Source: Nitrosotalea sp.
Lineage (GTDB): Archaea > Thermoproteota > Nitrososphaeria > Nitrososphaerales > Nitrosopumilaceae
Length of the DNA: 64,000 nucleotides
Assembly (NCBI GenBank): GCA_036278495.1
Contig: DASUKX010000013.1
Coordinates: 3,955 to 67,954 of the forward strand
Reading direction: 5' to 3'
The notes beneath the pieces are model-generated. The model saw nothing but the letters and a program-made list of their open reading frames with translations. It was not told the origin of the DNA and made no database searches. Positions 30,266 through 39,497 of this stretch are shown here, piece after piece. The number at the start of each line of letters is the position of its first letter. Position 1 is the stretch's first letter. The position numbers were made by a program, and so were the translations under genes.

Positions 30266-30438
30266 AAGCTAATTGATATGTTGAAAGATCTGATTTATTT
30301 AATTGAGATCTAACTTTTACTTTCTTATTCTAAAATCCTAGAATAACCTTTCTGGAACAGTCCAACAAAGTCATAGCACATACAAAACCATCCGATAACA
30401 CAAAAAATTTCAAATTAGGCCAAAAAATCACTAGTCTA

Positions 30439-31278
30439 GTGGACCTAGTTTTTTCTGATATTCATGCAGATCTGAATGCACTTGACTTGATAATCAAGAC
30501 TGCATCAAGTGATGAATTTGTAAAAAAATATGGTTCATTTTCACGAATCATAAATCTGGGTGACCTGCTTGAACGTGGCATCTATCCAAAACAAGTAATA
30601 TCAAAACTTAGATCCCTTGAAAAAAACTACCCGATATTCTCTGTGATGGGTAATCATGATGAAGGATTTTTGAGTGGAAAAAAAGTGAGCGCGAGCTCAC
30701 TTGAAAGCATGGATGCACACGAAAGTCTTGATGATGAAGACCTGTCATTTTTCAATCATAACAAGGATGGGACGTTTGGCAACCAGGAGTTTATCGACAC
30801 GAAAAATGGGCTATTTTGTGTTCACGGCGGTCCATTGGATCCAAAGAAAATAACCCCAAAGAATGCGGATGGTGAAGCCTGGCTATATCAACGAAATTGG
30901 CAGCGACTCACAGATGAGGGCTTTGAGTTCTTTAGCTATCATGGATATCATTACAAGGCATCATCTGCTTTTGGTGAGGTAGGAAGACACATCGACAATC
31001 ACATTATTTTATGTGGGCACCAACACATGGAGGCTGCATTAGTTCATCAAGAGGGTAAAATTCGCGAAATCTATTCTAAACTTGAATCAAAAAAAGAAAA
31101 AATTTCAGGTCACGTATTGGAAAGAAAAGAAATAGACATACATCCGGCAAGTGATTATCTGATAAGATTAGGTCTTGGCGGGCCTGCTGGATATTATGGT
31201 GTAGGGTCATCTGTACCACATTTTGCCATAATACAATATGATCCAAAAAAAGTAATACTATTTACAGTAAACCCATAA
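30439..31278 (+). CDS. Calcineurin-like metallophosphoesterase
   Basis: SDIHA, LGDL, GNHD, HGG, GHQH motifs. Confidence 0.9.
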   Translation: MDLVFSDIHADLNALDLIIKTASSDEFVKKYGSFSRIINLGDLLERGIYPKQVISKLRSLEKNYPIFSVMGNHDEGFLSGKKVSASSLESMDAHESLDDEDLSFFNHNKDGTFGNQEFIDTKNGLFCVHGGPLDPKKITPKNADGEAWLYQRNWQRLTDEGFEFFSYHGYHYKASSAFGEVGRHIDNHIILCGHQHMEAALVHQEGKIREIYSKLESKKEKISGHVLERKEIDIHPASDYLIRLGLGGPAGYYGVGSSVPHFAIIQYDPKKVILFTVNP

Positions 31279-31291
31279 AGCTAGACAGAAT

Positions 31292-31840
31292 ATGGATATG
31301 AGCGGAACTGAGACATTAAGAAACGACCACAAACAAATACGTAGGCTAGAAAAAATAGTTGTCAGGTGTTATACCAAACTCAATGATGGCTATGGTATTC
31401 CATTTTCTGACATTGACATGATGGTTTCAATCATGTCTGAATTTTTGGATGCGATACACTATGCAAGAGAAGAGGACCAATATTTTCCATGTGTTGCAAG
31501 TTATGATTCACTAAAGCAAGAGATCCGAATGTTCATGATTGAGCATGAATTTGGAAGGAGAATTGCATTAAACATTTCAAAACATCTACAAAAGTGGAAG
31601 TTAGGAGAAAACCAACGGGAACCTGTTGCAAGATTTCTCAAGGCATATGCAGTATATCTTAACGATCACCTAACTAAAGAAGACAAGTTCTTTGATGTCG
31701 CAGAAGATCAAGTTCTATCACAAGATGAGGAAAAAATGATGTATGAAGAATTTCGAGCAGTAACTGCAGTTGCGACAAAGCTTGATGATATGATAAAATC
31801 CCTAAATTATCTCGAATCTACACAATGGATGAAAGACTAG
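31292..31840 (+). CDS. Hemerythrin/HHE cation-binding protein
   Basis: DH...HxxxEE..YFP...EH...HxxKE..F pattern. Confidence 0.88.
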   Translation: MDMSGTETLRNDHKQIRRLEKIVVRCYTKLNDGYGIPFSDIDMMVSIMSEFLDAIHYAREEDQYFPCVASYDSLKQEIRMFMIEHEFGRRIALNISKHLQKWKLGENQREPVARFLKAYAVYLNDHLTKEDKFFDVAEDQVLSQDEEKMMYEEFRAVTAVATKLDDMIKSLNYLESTQWMKD

Positions 31841-31976
31841 TTTTCAAAAACTGATCTTACTCTAGGATAAACTGATACTTCATTTTGCTCTGTTGTGAGT
31901 TTTTGTTGCATATTCTTACATAGTAATCACAATTATTATATATGATCACCATAGTATGATAACTATACATAATAAC

Positions 31977-32720
31977 ATGAGTAAAATAGTTAACCTGCGT
32001 ATACATGTAGCCCCTGTAGGTTTTGAAATTGACCGGATTGCAATTCCTGCAAAACAGATGAAAGCAGATAGGGTGTGGCTGTTAATGCATGCAGAGCCAT
32101 CAAAGGATCAAGCTCAGGGATACATGGAAAAAATTCGAGCTCAGCTAAAAAAAGAAAAGATCGAAGTGCAAATCGCACATTCTAACAGATTTGATCTCTT
32201 CAAGATTTTGAGGGCATTGCGAGAAATTGTACAAAAAGAAGATGGCAATGACATTTTTGTTAACTGTTCATCTGGATCAAAGATCCAAGCAATTGCATGC
32301 ATGATGGCATGCATGATGTTTCAAGGAAAAACAAAACTTACTCCATATTATGCAGAACCAGAAAGCTATTCTAGTGTAAAAGGAGAACAGCTTTCATCAG
32401 GTCTTAAATCCGTTGTCAAGTTGCCAGCCTATGAAATTCATACCCCCAAGCCTATCTTGGTACAGGCTTTAAAAATAATACAGGAAAATGGTGGTAAAAT
32501 AACTAAAAAAGAAATGGCAAAAATCGCTCATGAAAAAAAACTTATCATGGTAAATGCAAGAGAAGAGAATTTTCAACAAGCAAGATTTGCAAGTCTTGAT
32601 AAAAATATCATACAACCACTTCTAAATGAATGGAGATTCATTGAAGTTGAAAGGGTTGGAAGAACTAGGTGGATTAAGACGACCCCGGAAGGGCTTGGAG
32701 CGGTAGAATTTCTTGGCTAA
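31977..32720 (+). CDS. CARF-like Rossmann + wHTH regulator (DUF6293/HFX_2341-like)
   Basis: RIHVAPVGFE.DRI, VNxSSGSK, YYAEPE, C-terminal wHTH; ATG 31977 preferred to 31956. Confidence 0.8.
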   Translation: MSKIVNLRIHVAPVGFEIDRIAIPAKQMKADRVWLLMHAEPSKDQAQGYMEKIRAQLKKEKIEVQIAHSNRFDLFKILRALREIVQKEDGNDIFVNCSSGSKIQAIACMMACMMFQGKTKLTPYYAEPESYSSVKGEQLSSGLKSVVKLPAYEIHTPKPILVQALKIIQENGGKITKKEMAKIAHEKKLIMVNAREENFQQARFASLDKNIIQPLLNEWRFIEVERVGRTRWIKTTPEGLGAVEFLG

Positions 32721-32935
32721 CCGCGTGTGGTAAGCTCAGGCTTGAGTGTCCAGGCAACTGCCATTGCAATAAATGGTACTGAGATCAAGGCAGCTATTTC
32801 GAGATAGGTTCGAAATTGTTCAGACTGCTGTGGGCTTGGATTTGACCATATGAAAGGTACAGGCAACGCAGAAGCAAACCAAATGATAGAAAGCATGATG
32901 ATTACCTTAAGTGCACTCTTCTTTTTTGGGGTCAC
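32717..32935 (-). CDS. Small two-TM membrane protein
   Basis: 72 aa with two hydrophobic helices. Confidence 0.65.
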   Translation of the reverse strand: MTPKKKSALKVIIMLSIIWFASALPVPFIWSNPSPQQSEQFRTYLEIAALISVPFIAMAVAWTLKPELTTRG

Positions 32936-33033
32936 GATATAACCTTAGGATTAGGTTCTATTAATTTTATTAGTATAATTATAAGGCTTTTCCCACATTT
33001 TCACGCCCATAATGTCCGATTAGGAGATGATAA

Positions 33034-33777
33034 TTATTTAGTAATGACACCGCCGTCTACAGGTAAAATCGCGCCTGTAATCCAGGATGAATCATCTGAA
33101 ACAAGATAAAGTATTGCCTTTGCAACATCTTCTGGCATTCCTATTCTTCCAATTGGATGTTCTGCTATTGCCATTGCTCTATCAACTTCATTTTCAAGAT
33201 ATGGCTTTGTCATGTCGGTTTCCACAATTCCGGGACAGACACAATTTACACGTATTTTATACTTGGCATATTCTATTGCCCATGCCTTTGTGAGCATAAT
33301 CAGTGCTGCCTTTGAAGCAGTATATCCGTCTGCTTCAAAATTTTCAAATGATTTCAGACCAGCATCTGATGACACATTTACGATGCAACCATTTGTTTTC
33401 ATCAAATGAGGTATTGCAGCCTTTGTAAAACGAAACTGTCCAGTTAAATTTATGTCAATTATGTCATTCCATTCTTCTTCAGAAATCTCATGCAGAGGTT
33501 TTACTTTGGGAAAAATACCTGCATTATTTACAAGGATATCAATTTTGCCAAAAATCTCTAAAGTATTTTTTACAACATTTTCTACATCTGTATTCTTTCT
33601 AATGTCACCAGAAATTGCTATTGTGTTTTTTATTTCCCTTGCAGTATTATCAAGACTTGCCTTGTCCTTTGATGTAATCACTACATTTGCTCCATGCTGT
33701 GCAAGTAGTATTGCTGTAGATTTTCCAATTCCTCTGCTGCCTCCTGTGACAATTGCAACCTTACCTGAAAGTTTCAT
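33034..33777 (-). CDS. Short-chain dehydrogenase/reductase (FabG-like)
   Basis: TGGSRGIG, NNAG, YTASK, VDGG. Confidence 0.93.
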   Translation of the reverse strand: MKLSGKVAIVTGGSRGIGKSTAILLAQHGANVVITSKDKASLDNTAREIKNTIAISGDIRKNTDVENVVKNTLEIFGKIDILVNNAGIFPKVKPLHEISEEEWNDIIDINLTGQFRFTKAAIPHLMKTNGCIVNVSSDAGLKSFENFEADGYTASKAALIMLTKAWAIEYAKYKIRVNCVCPGIVETDMTKPYLENEVDRAMAIAEHPIGRIGMPEDVAKAILYLVSDDSSWITGAILPVDGGVITK

Positions 33778-33978
33778 CCATTTCTGATTTAATCATGTGC
33801 CAGATTAGTTTGTCGAAGATCAAAAACTGAATTTATCAAAATCTTCAAAAAAACATGTTATGATGATCTGATGATCATAGTTTCTGCCTGTTTTTATTGA
33901 AATATTTTATTAAAATATTTTATAAACATGAAAAAATATGTATAAAATAATAAATACAATGATGTATTATAATTAATA

Positions 33979-34104
33979 ATGCAGAAAGATGTAAAATCTA
34001 CTGCTTAAGAGAGCGTGGCTCCGTAGACGTAAATTGTGAATCCCACTTGGGTGGGATTGGAAGAGGTAATCTCTGTTTGTCTACGAACAAGGGCCACGCC
34101 ATTA
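33979..34104 (+). ncRNA. Candidate structured RNA with leaderless 9-codon ORF (element B)
   Basis: ORF MQKDVKSTA* 33979-34008; stems GCGTGGCTC/GGGCCACGC and CGTAGAC/GTCTACG enclosing two hairpins; ATAAATA 22 nt upstream of ATG; paralogous to 25501-25626. Confidence 0.7.
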
Positions 34105-34144
34105 ATTTCAAAATACTGAAAAGTAAAATTAATTTTTTAAAAAT

Positions 34145-35059
34145 TTAAAGCTTGAGGGATTCCTTCAATCCCTTGTATCTATTTCTAATTGTGACCTCAG
34201 TTACTCCTGCAGCTTGGGCAACATCTTTTTGCGTCTTGTTTTCTCCATTCATAACACACGACAAGTATAGCGCAGCAGCCGCAAGTCCCATTGGATCCTT
34301 TCCAGCAGAAATCTCAATTTCAGCTGCATCTTTTAGAATCTGTAAAGCTCTTCTCTTTGTCTTCTCACTCAAGCCTGCTTTACTTGCAATTCTTGCAACA
34401 CATTTTATCGGATCAACAACTGGCATTTTTAAATCAAGTTCTCGTAACAACAATCTGTAACATCTGGCTACATCCTTTCGTTTGATGTTAATTCCATTTG
34501 CAACATCAGTAAGTGTTCTTGGAGTTTCAGTATCTCTACATGCTGCATATAGTGCAGCAGCAACAAGTCCTGGAATTGATCTGCCCCTAACAAGACCCTT
34601 GTCAAGTGCTTTTCTGTAAATGTAAGCGGTTTTTTCAATTACTGCATCCGATAATGCAAGTTTGTCTTTTAATCTGTCAAGTTCACTGAAAGCCTGTCTA
34701 AAGTTTCTGTCTACTGGTTCATGAACTTGACTTCTACTATCCCAAGTTCTCAGTCTTTCTATTGTGCTTTTCATTGACGCAGAAAGTGGTTTTCCTGATG
34801 CATCTTTGTCAGCAGGGCCAATTATTGTTGCAAGTCCCATATCGTGCATTGCAAGTGAAGTAGGAGTTCCGGTTCTACTTCGATCCTCATGCTCTTCTTT
34901 AGAAAATGATCTCCATTCTGGACCAGATTCTTCTACACGTTCAGTAAGTACAAAACCGCAACCACCACAAAACATTTCTCCTGTAGTGTTATCAGTTACC
35001 ATTGGACCTTTTCCACAACGAGGACAGCGTCCACCAGAACCAAAAGATTCACGAGTCAT
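34145..35059 (-). CDS. tfb: Transcription initiation factor IIB
   Basis: CPRC/CGGC Zn ribbon, GPEWRSF, two cyclin repeats, GVTEVTIRNRYK. Confidence 0.97.
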   Translation of the reverse strand: MTRESFGSGGRCPRCGKGPMVTDNTTGEMFCGGCGFVLTERVEESGPEWRSFSKEEHEDRSRTGTPTSLAMHDMGLATIIGPADKDASGKPLSASMKSTIERLRTWDSRSQVHEPVDRNFRQAFSELDRLKDKLALSDAVIEKTAYIYRKALDKGLVRGRSIPGLVAAALYAACRDTETPRTLTDVANGINIKRKDVARCYRLLLRELDLKMPVVDPIKCVARIASKAGLSEKTKRRALQILKDAAEIEISAGKDPMGLAAAALYLSCVMNGENKTQKDVAQAAGVTEVTIRNRYKGLKESLKL

Positions 35060-35402
35060 ATAATATCTTATAAGAATTTCGATTAACATAAATAAAAAGG
35101 TTTAACTATAAGTATTTGTTCAATGAAATTGTTATTTTATAGCTATATTGTATAGAAATTATTCATTATACTCATTTAATATCAAAATATTACAATTTGT
35201 ATATTGTAATCTGACAAAGCAATTTATTTTTTTTGGGATAGTAACTATGAGACAAGATCAAATTTGATCTTCTGAAATGATATTTTTTAAATAATTTTTT
35301 AATTTTTTAAATAATTATTTTTCAAAATTTTTTCAGAATTGTTTTTGTGGACTTAAGCAAAACCTTAAATACATTTGTTTTGAAGAACCCGCATTAAATA
35401 AA

Positions 35403-35513
35403 ATGGAACAATGTCCACTTTGTTGTGAATCCCAGCAGTCGAATCAGGCACTGGCTATTCACCTAAAGAAAATCCACCCACAGAGAAACACTGCTATTCA
35501 AATAATGCAATAA
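35403..35513 (+). CDS. Stand-alone C2H2 zinc-finger micro-protein (36 aa; not in ORF track)
   Basis: Hand translation MEQCPLCCESQQSNQALAIHLKKIHPQRNTAIQIMQ*; exact C-x2-C-x12-H-x4-H spacing; TTAAATA box upstream (~35365). Confidence 0.75.
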   Translation: MEQCPLCCESQQSNQALAIHLKKIHPQRNTAIQIMQ

Positions 35514-35700
35514 ATCTCTGAGGGGAGGATTAGTCGTAGGATGTATCCAATCAAGGTTATCCACGAATTTTTAGTTTTTATTAAAAATGAGAACTGAGCG
35601 TGCGCTGAATTTTGTTTGTTATGTCTTGTCAGCTAAATTTAGTATACTGTTAACCGTATTTCACACCTGAAATTAAAAACCAACTTTATCAGTGGTATCC

Positions 35701-36339
35701 ATGACAACATTTACAAACAATTGGCAAAAGCCGCAAACACCAAGTCTTGGTGAAAAATTTAATGATGTAATAAAACCAAAAGGTGCGCTAAAACCACGAT
35801 TAGAAACTGGAATAAAAAGACTCCAGACTCAAATTGGAAAACTTGACGGAATGATTACAAAGCTAAAACAAAGAGATGAAAAATTATTCAAAAGAATTGT
35901 GGTTGCAACACAGAACCATGATATTACCACTAGCAAAGTTCTATCAAAAGAATTATCTGAAGTTAGAAAAGTAACAAAGCTATTAGGAAATGCTAGAATT
36001 GCTCTAGAACAAATTGAGCTTAGACTAAGCACATTCCACGATCTAGGAGACACAGTTGTAACAATCATGCCAACAATTGGCTTGATGAAGAACCTGAAGT
36101 CCTCTCTAGTCAAATTCATGCCAGAAGCAGACCGTGAGTTAACTGGAATGACTGAGATGCTCGGTGGTCTTATGACTGACACATTCCACAGTGGTGACTT
36201 TGGAATTGACTCCAGTGCTACAAGCGAAGAATCGGAAAAGATTCTCCAAGAGGCTTCAGCAGTTGCAGAGGCAGCAATCAACGACAAGCTGCCCTCTATG
36301 CCTGTAGGTCAATCTTCCTCCTCCGCTCGTTACGTCTAG
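35701..36339 (+). CDS. cdvB: ESCRT-III/Snf7-family CdvB paralogue
   Basis: Helical Snf7 pattern (ELSEVRK...ALEQIELRL.T..DLGD...EKILQEA..VAE...LP). Confidence 0.88.
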   Translation: MTTFTNNWQKPQTPSLGEKFNDVIKPKGALKPRLETGIKRLQTQIGKLDGMITKLKQRDEKLFKRIVVATQNHDITTSKVLSKELSEVRKVTKLLGNARIALEQIELRLSTFHDLGDTVVTIMPTIGLMKNLKSSLVKFMPEADRELTGMTEMLGGLMTDTFHSGDFGIDSSATSEESEKILQEASAVAEAAINDKLPSMPVGQSSSSARYV

Positions 36340-37604
36340 ATCAAACTATTATGCGATAGTTTGTAGCGGAAGTATGCTTGGTATAAGATTAAAGATACCA
36401 CTAGTATGGCTGAGGCAGAAAGAAACATAACAGCATATCCAAGAAACTTTGTCAGCTCTCCTGTAACTAGTGAACCTGCAAATATTCCAACTCCTGTTAT
36501 TGCACTATTTACTCCAAGATATTTTCCTTCAAATCCTTGTGGAATACTCTTGAAAAATATCACAGAGCTAGATGTGCTAAAAATTGAGAATGCAATTACC
36601 ATCAAACAAGATGAGGTAATTGTCACTGGAAAACCCAAAGTTCCTACCATAGAAAGTAAAGAAATCGCAGGAATCATTACAGCCAAAATTCTAGGTATGT
36701 GTGCTAGAATGGTTGATCGCTCTTCCCCAAATCTTGATATTATTTTTGGAGCAATGAAGAACACTAGTAACATAGTTATCATTTGAATGGTATAATTCAA
36801 AAAGACATCAGCATTTGAAAAATTCTGATTTTTTAAAAATGGTGTCCATGCAGTAAAATACATGTTGCTTCCAAAATAGAAGAAGAAAGATGCCAGATAG
36901 AATATGCCTATTTCATTGCTTATCCTTCCTTTGAATAGTGTAATTATGTGTCTAAAATCATATGCCTCAAGAATTTTTGGGAAAACAAAATGATGATGAC
37001 TAATTGAGTAGCGTAAACCGTGTAAAGAGTGTGCAATGCTACTTCTTTCAAGATGAATACCGTCTCCTCTTACAGCTGTACTCAAAACCATAGCAATACC
37101 ACTTGATGCTGCACATACCAAAAAATATGGTCTTAGATCAAAATAAAAACTCCCAACTGTTCCAATTATCATAGATATTAGCATCCCAAGAGTGCTGATA
37201 ATTGATGTACGTGCAAATAACCAACTCCAGAGATTCTTTTGCACTGATTCCATTACAAGAAGTTGTGTAACTGGACTTCTTGCAACCATAAAAAAACCAA
37301 GCATTATCACCAGTCCATAGAGAACATAAACTGAATTAGTAAAATACATTCCAAGACTGCAAAGTAACACAAAAAAGAATGAAAGAAAAAGTATTGGTCT
37401 TTTAGAATGGAATCTATCAATTATTCTTCCCCATGCTAATGAGCCAATGGCTATTGCTCCATTTTGTAGAGCAGAAATTATTGCTACTTCTTCTATGTCG
37501 CCACCAAGAAATATGACATACAATGGAATTACAGTGCTTAGTCCTTGTGCAGTAATCTGAGCTGGTAGTAAATACCACATCCATCGCTTATTTTGAAGCT
37601 GCAT
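36336..37604 (-). CDS. MFS transporter
   Basis: About 12 TM helices; motif A WGRIIDRFHSKR. Confidence 0.9.
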   Translation of the reverse strand: MQLQNKRWMWYLLPAQITAQGLSTVIPLYVIFLGGDIEEVAIISALQNGAIAIGSLAWGRIIDRFHSKRPILFLSFFFVLLCSLGMYFTNSVYVLYGLVIMLGFFMVARSPVTQLLVMESVQKNLWSWLFARTSIISTLGMLISMIIGTVGSFYFDLRPYFLVCAASSGIAMVLSTAVRGDGIHLERSSIAHSLHGLRYSISHHHFVFPKILEAYDFRHIITLFKGRISNEIGIFYLASFFFYFGSNMYFTAWTPFLKNQNFSNADVFLNYTIQMITMLLVFFIAPKIISRFGEERSTILAHIPRILAVMIPAISLLSMVGTLGFPVTITSSCLMVIAFSIFSTSSSVIFFKSIPQGFEGKYLGVNSAITGVGIFAGSLVTGELTKFLGYAVMFLSASAILVVSLILYQAYFRYKLSHNSLI

Positions 37605-37697
37605 TGTTCGAGGTAATCAGAGATTAGACATTATTGTATAATGCATTTGAAAAATTTCCATAGTTTTGTCTATTCTTTGCTATTTATGGAAAAATTC

Positions 37698-37872
37698 TAT
37701 CATGCAGAAGTGTGGAAACCACACATCATGTCTGAGTGTGACACACTCATAGCCTGCTGACCTTTGTCATCATTTCCTTCGGGGGTACCTTGGGATGCTA
37801 TATGTGCAGATTTAGCCCTGCACATCACACTTGTCTGCATGATACCTATCTGGGAGGATGTCCTTTGATAGG
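37698..37872 (+). ncRNA. Candidate multi-branch structured RNA
   Basis: Closing stem TATCATGCAGA/TCTGCATGATA, several internal hairpins including CC-TTCG-GG, plus a downstream hairpin CCTATC/GATAGG. Confidence 0.6.
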
Positions 37873-38026
37873 GAGTATTAGTACGTGAATAAAATATTTA
37901 AGGTTTGTGCATTATTTCTACTTAAAATTTTGAATTTTATCTATTACACAAAGTTGTTACATGATTTTTAGAATATTCTAAAATTTTCATATGAAAGCTT
38001 TTATGATACGATGTCGTAATTTAGTC

Positions 38027-38365
38027 ATGAAAAAGGGTGGGGATGTGTATCAGCTTATTTATGAATCAAATCTGGACAGTAAGCTAGAACAGATTCTAAT
38101 TGGATTGGTAAAAGACAATCCTTCTCCAAAGATTGAATCCATAATTAGGAAATTCCTTCTGTATGTTCAACACTCTACAGAAAATTTCTGGACTACTTAC
38201 TATAGTGCAAAAACATACGAAGAAAAGCTAGATTGCTACTATCAATACTCAAAGAACCAATGTCTTGCAACTGAAGTGTTAGTAAGAGATCTAGGCTCAT
38301 TATCCTCAGATGATGAAATAAAGGAAAACTTGGATGCTCTAGTAAAAGAAAGTTTCACTTTCTAA
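38027..38365 (+). CDS. Hypothetical protein
   Basis: ORF from MKKGGDVYQ; no family recognised. Confidence 0.7.
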   Translation: MKKGGDVYQLIYESNLDSKLEQILIGLVKDNPSPKIESIIRKFLLYVQHSTENFWTTYYSAKTYEEKLDCYYQYSKNQCLATEVLVRDLGSLSSDDEIKENLDALVKESFTF

Positions 38366-38955
38366 GTTAGAGAAGATTCTGACTTTGGTCTAGTCTCTTT
38401 GAATTTCGCTATCTTTGTGCCTTCCTCGTTTACCACTTGATCAATACTGATTAGTCTTTCTCGTAGGTTGGTGATCATTACAGCAACATCATCTGCTTCT
38501 TTTTCAACCTCGCCTCTTTTCTGTTGCAATGTCTTAATACCTTGTTTTTCTTCTTCTATGTATTGGCCTACTTTGACAAGTTTCTCTTTTAGATTCTTGA
38601 TATCTACTGATTCATCCTCAATATTTTTTTCTAGGTTGGTTCGTTTGTCTTTGAGATCCTTGATCATAAGACCTACATAGTCTATGGCTTCTTCTAACTT
38701 GGTTCTCTTATCCATTAGTGCCTTAATTCCTATATCTTCTCCTGATGTGCTCATACGAGTTTGTTGAATAGGTTCGGGTATTTTTACTTGTTCTGAAGGG
38801 CGAAAATGTGACTCTTCCATGACTTCTGATGTTTTTGTACCATTTGTCTCCTTTGGGTCATATTGGAAAATCTTACCTGATTGATCGATTTTACCCTCTA
38901 CTCCTGAAGAAATAGAGTCAAATTCATCCTTTTTCTTTCGGAATTTATCGAACAT
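38362..38955 (-). CDS. Coiled-coil hypothetical protein
   Basis: Long heptad-rich C-terminal half. Confidence 0.75.
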   Translation of the reverse strand: MFDKFRKKKDEFDSISSGVEGKIDQSGKIFQYDPKETNGTKTSEVMEESHFRPSEQVKIPEPIQQTRMSTSGEDIGIKALMDKRTKLEEAIDYVGLMIKDLKDKRTNLEKNIEDESVDIKNLKEKLVKVGQYIEEEKQGIKTLQQKRGEVEKEADDVAVMITNLRERLISIDQVVNEEGTKIAKFKETRPKSESSLT

Positions 38956-39065
38956 ATTGCCTTACGGGTTATTGTTATTTTTAATATATAAAAAGTTAAT
39001 AAGTAAAAATCTGGTCACGCGGAATTCAATGTTGGTCAAAATGGGATTGAGATATATTTAGAGAC

Positions 39066-39461
39066 TTGAATCTTTGGTTCGAGTTGAAGAATAACAAAGT
39101 AAACTTGCTCCCAATAGTGGAAGATATAATTGGATTAGATCCAATGATGAGGTTTGCAGCAATAATAGATCTAAAGGGGAACATATCTGAAGCAATAATG
39201 AAGGAAGGCAAGACTTCATTAAAATCGCAAAAAGAAGAGGAACATTTCTGTAGACAAGTAGCCATGAGAAGAAAAATTAGACAACAGTTTGACAAAAGTC
39301 TTGGACCTGTAAATTATGTACACATTGAACGGCTAAAGATCACTCAGATTGTAGTTTATCCTAAACGCAAGACTGTTTATGTTACAATGGAACCAAATAT
39401 GGACATAAAACGAAAACTGGAAATTGTAGAATCAATCAAAAAGAAAACCGCAAAATTATAA
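39066..39461 (+). CDS. DUF6659-like (profilin/roadblock-like) protein
   Basis: MRFAAIIDLKG...FDKSLGPVNY...R pattern typical of this thaumarchaeal family; start uncertain. Confidence 0.75.
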   Translation: MNLWFELKNNKVNLLPIVEDIIGLDPMMRFAAIIDLKGNISEAIMKEGKTSLKSQKEEEHFCRQVAMRRKIRQQFDKSLGPVNYVHIERLKITQIVVYPKRKTVYVTMEPNMDIKRKLEIVESIKKKTAKL

Positions 39462-39497
39462 AAAATTAAGGAGAAAAATTTCTCCAGATGATCAGAT

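Noticed and set aside
33859-33880. ATGATGATCTGATGATCAT resembling C/D boxes
   Set aside because: Boxes abut with no guide region; more likely chance or a small operator
35270-35335. Repeated ATTTTTTAAATAAT in the tfb upstream region
   Set aside because: Low-complexity AT-rich DNA; cannot be distinguished from background by eye
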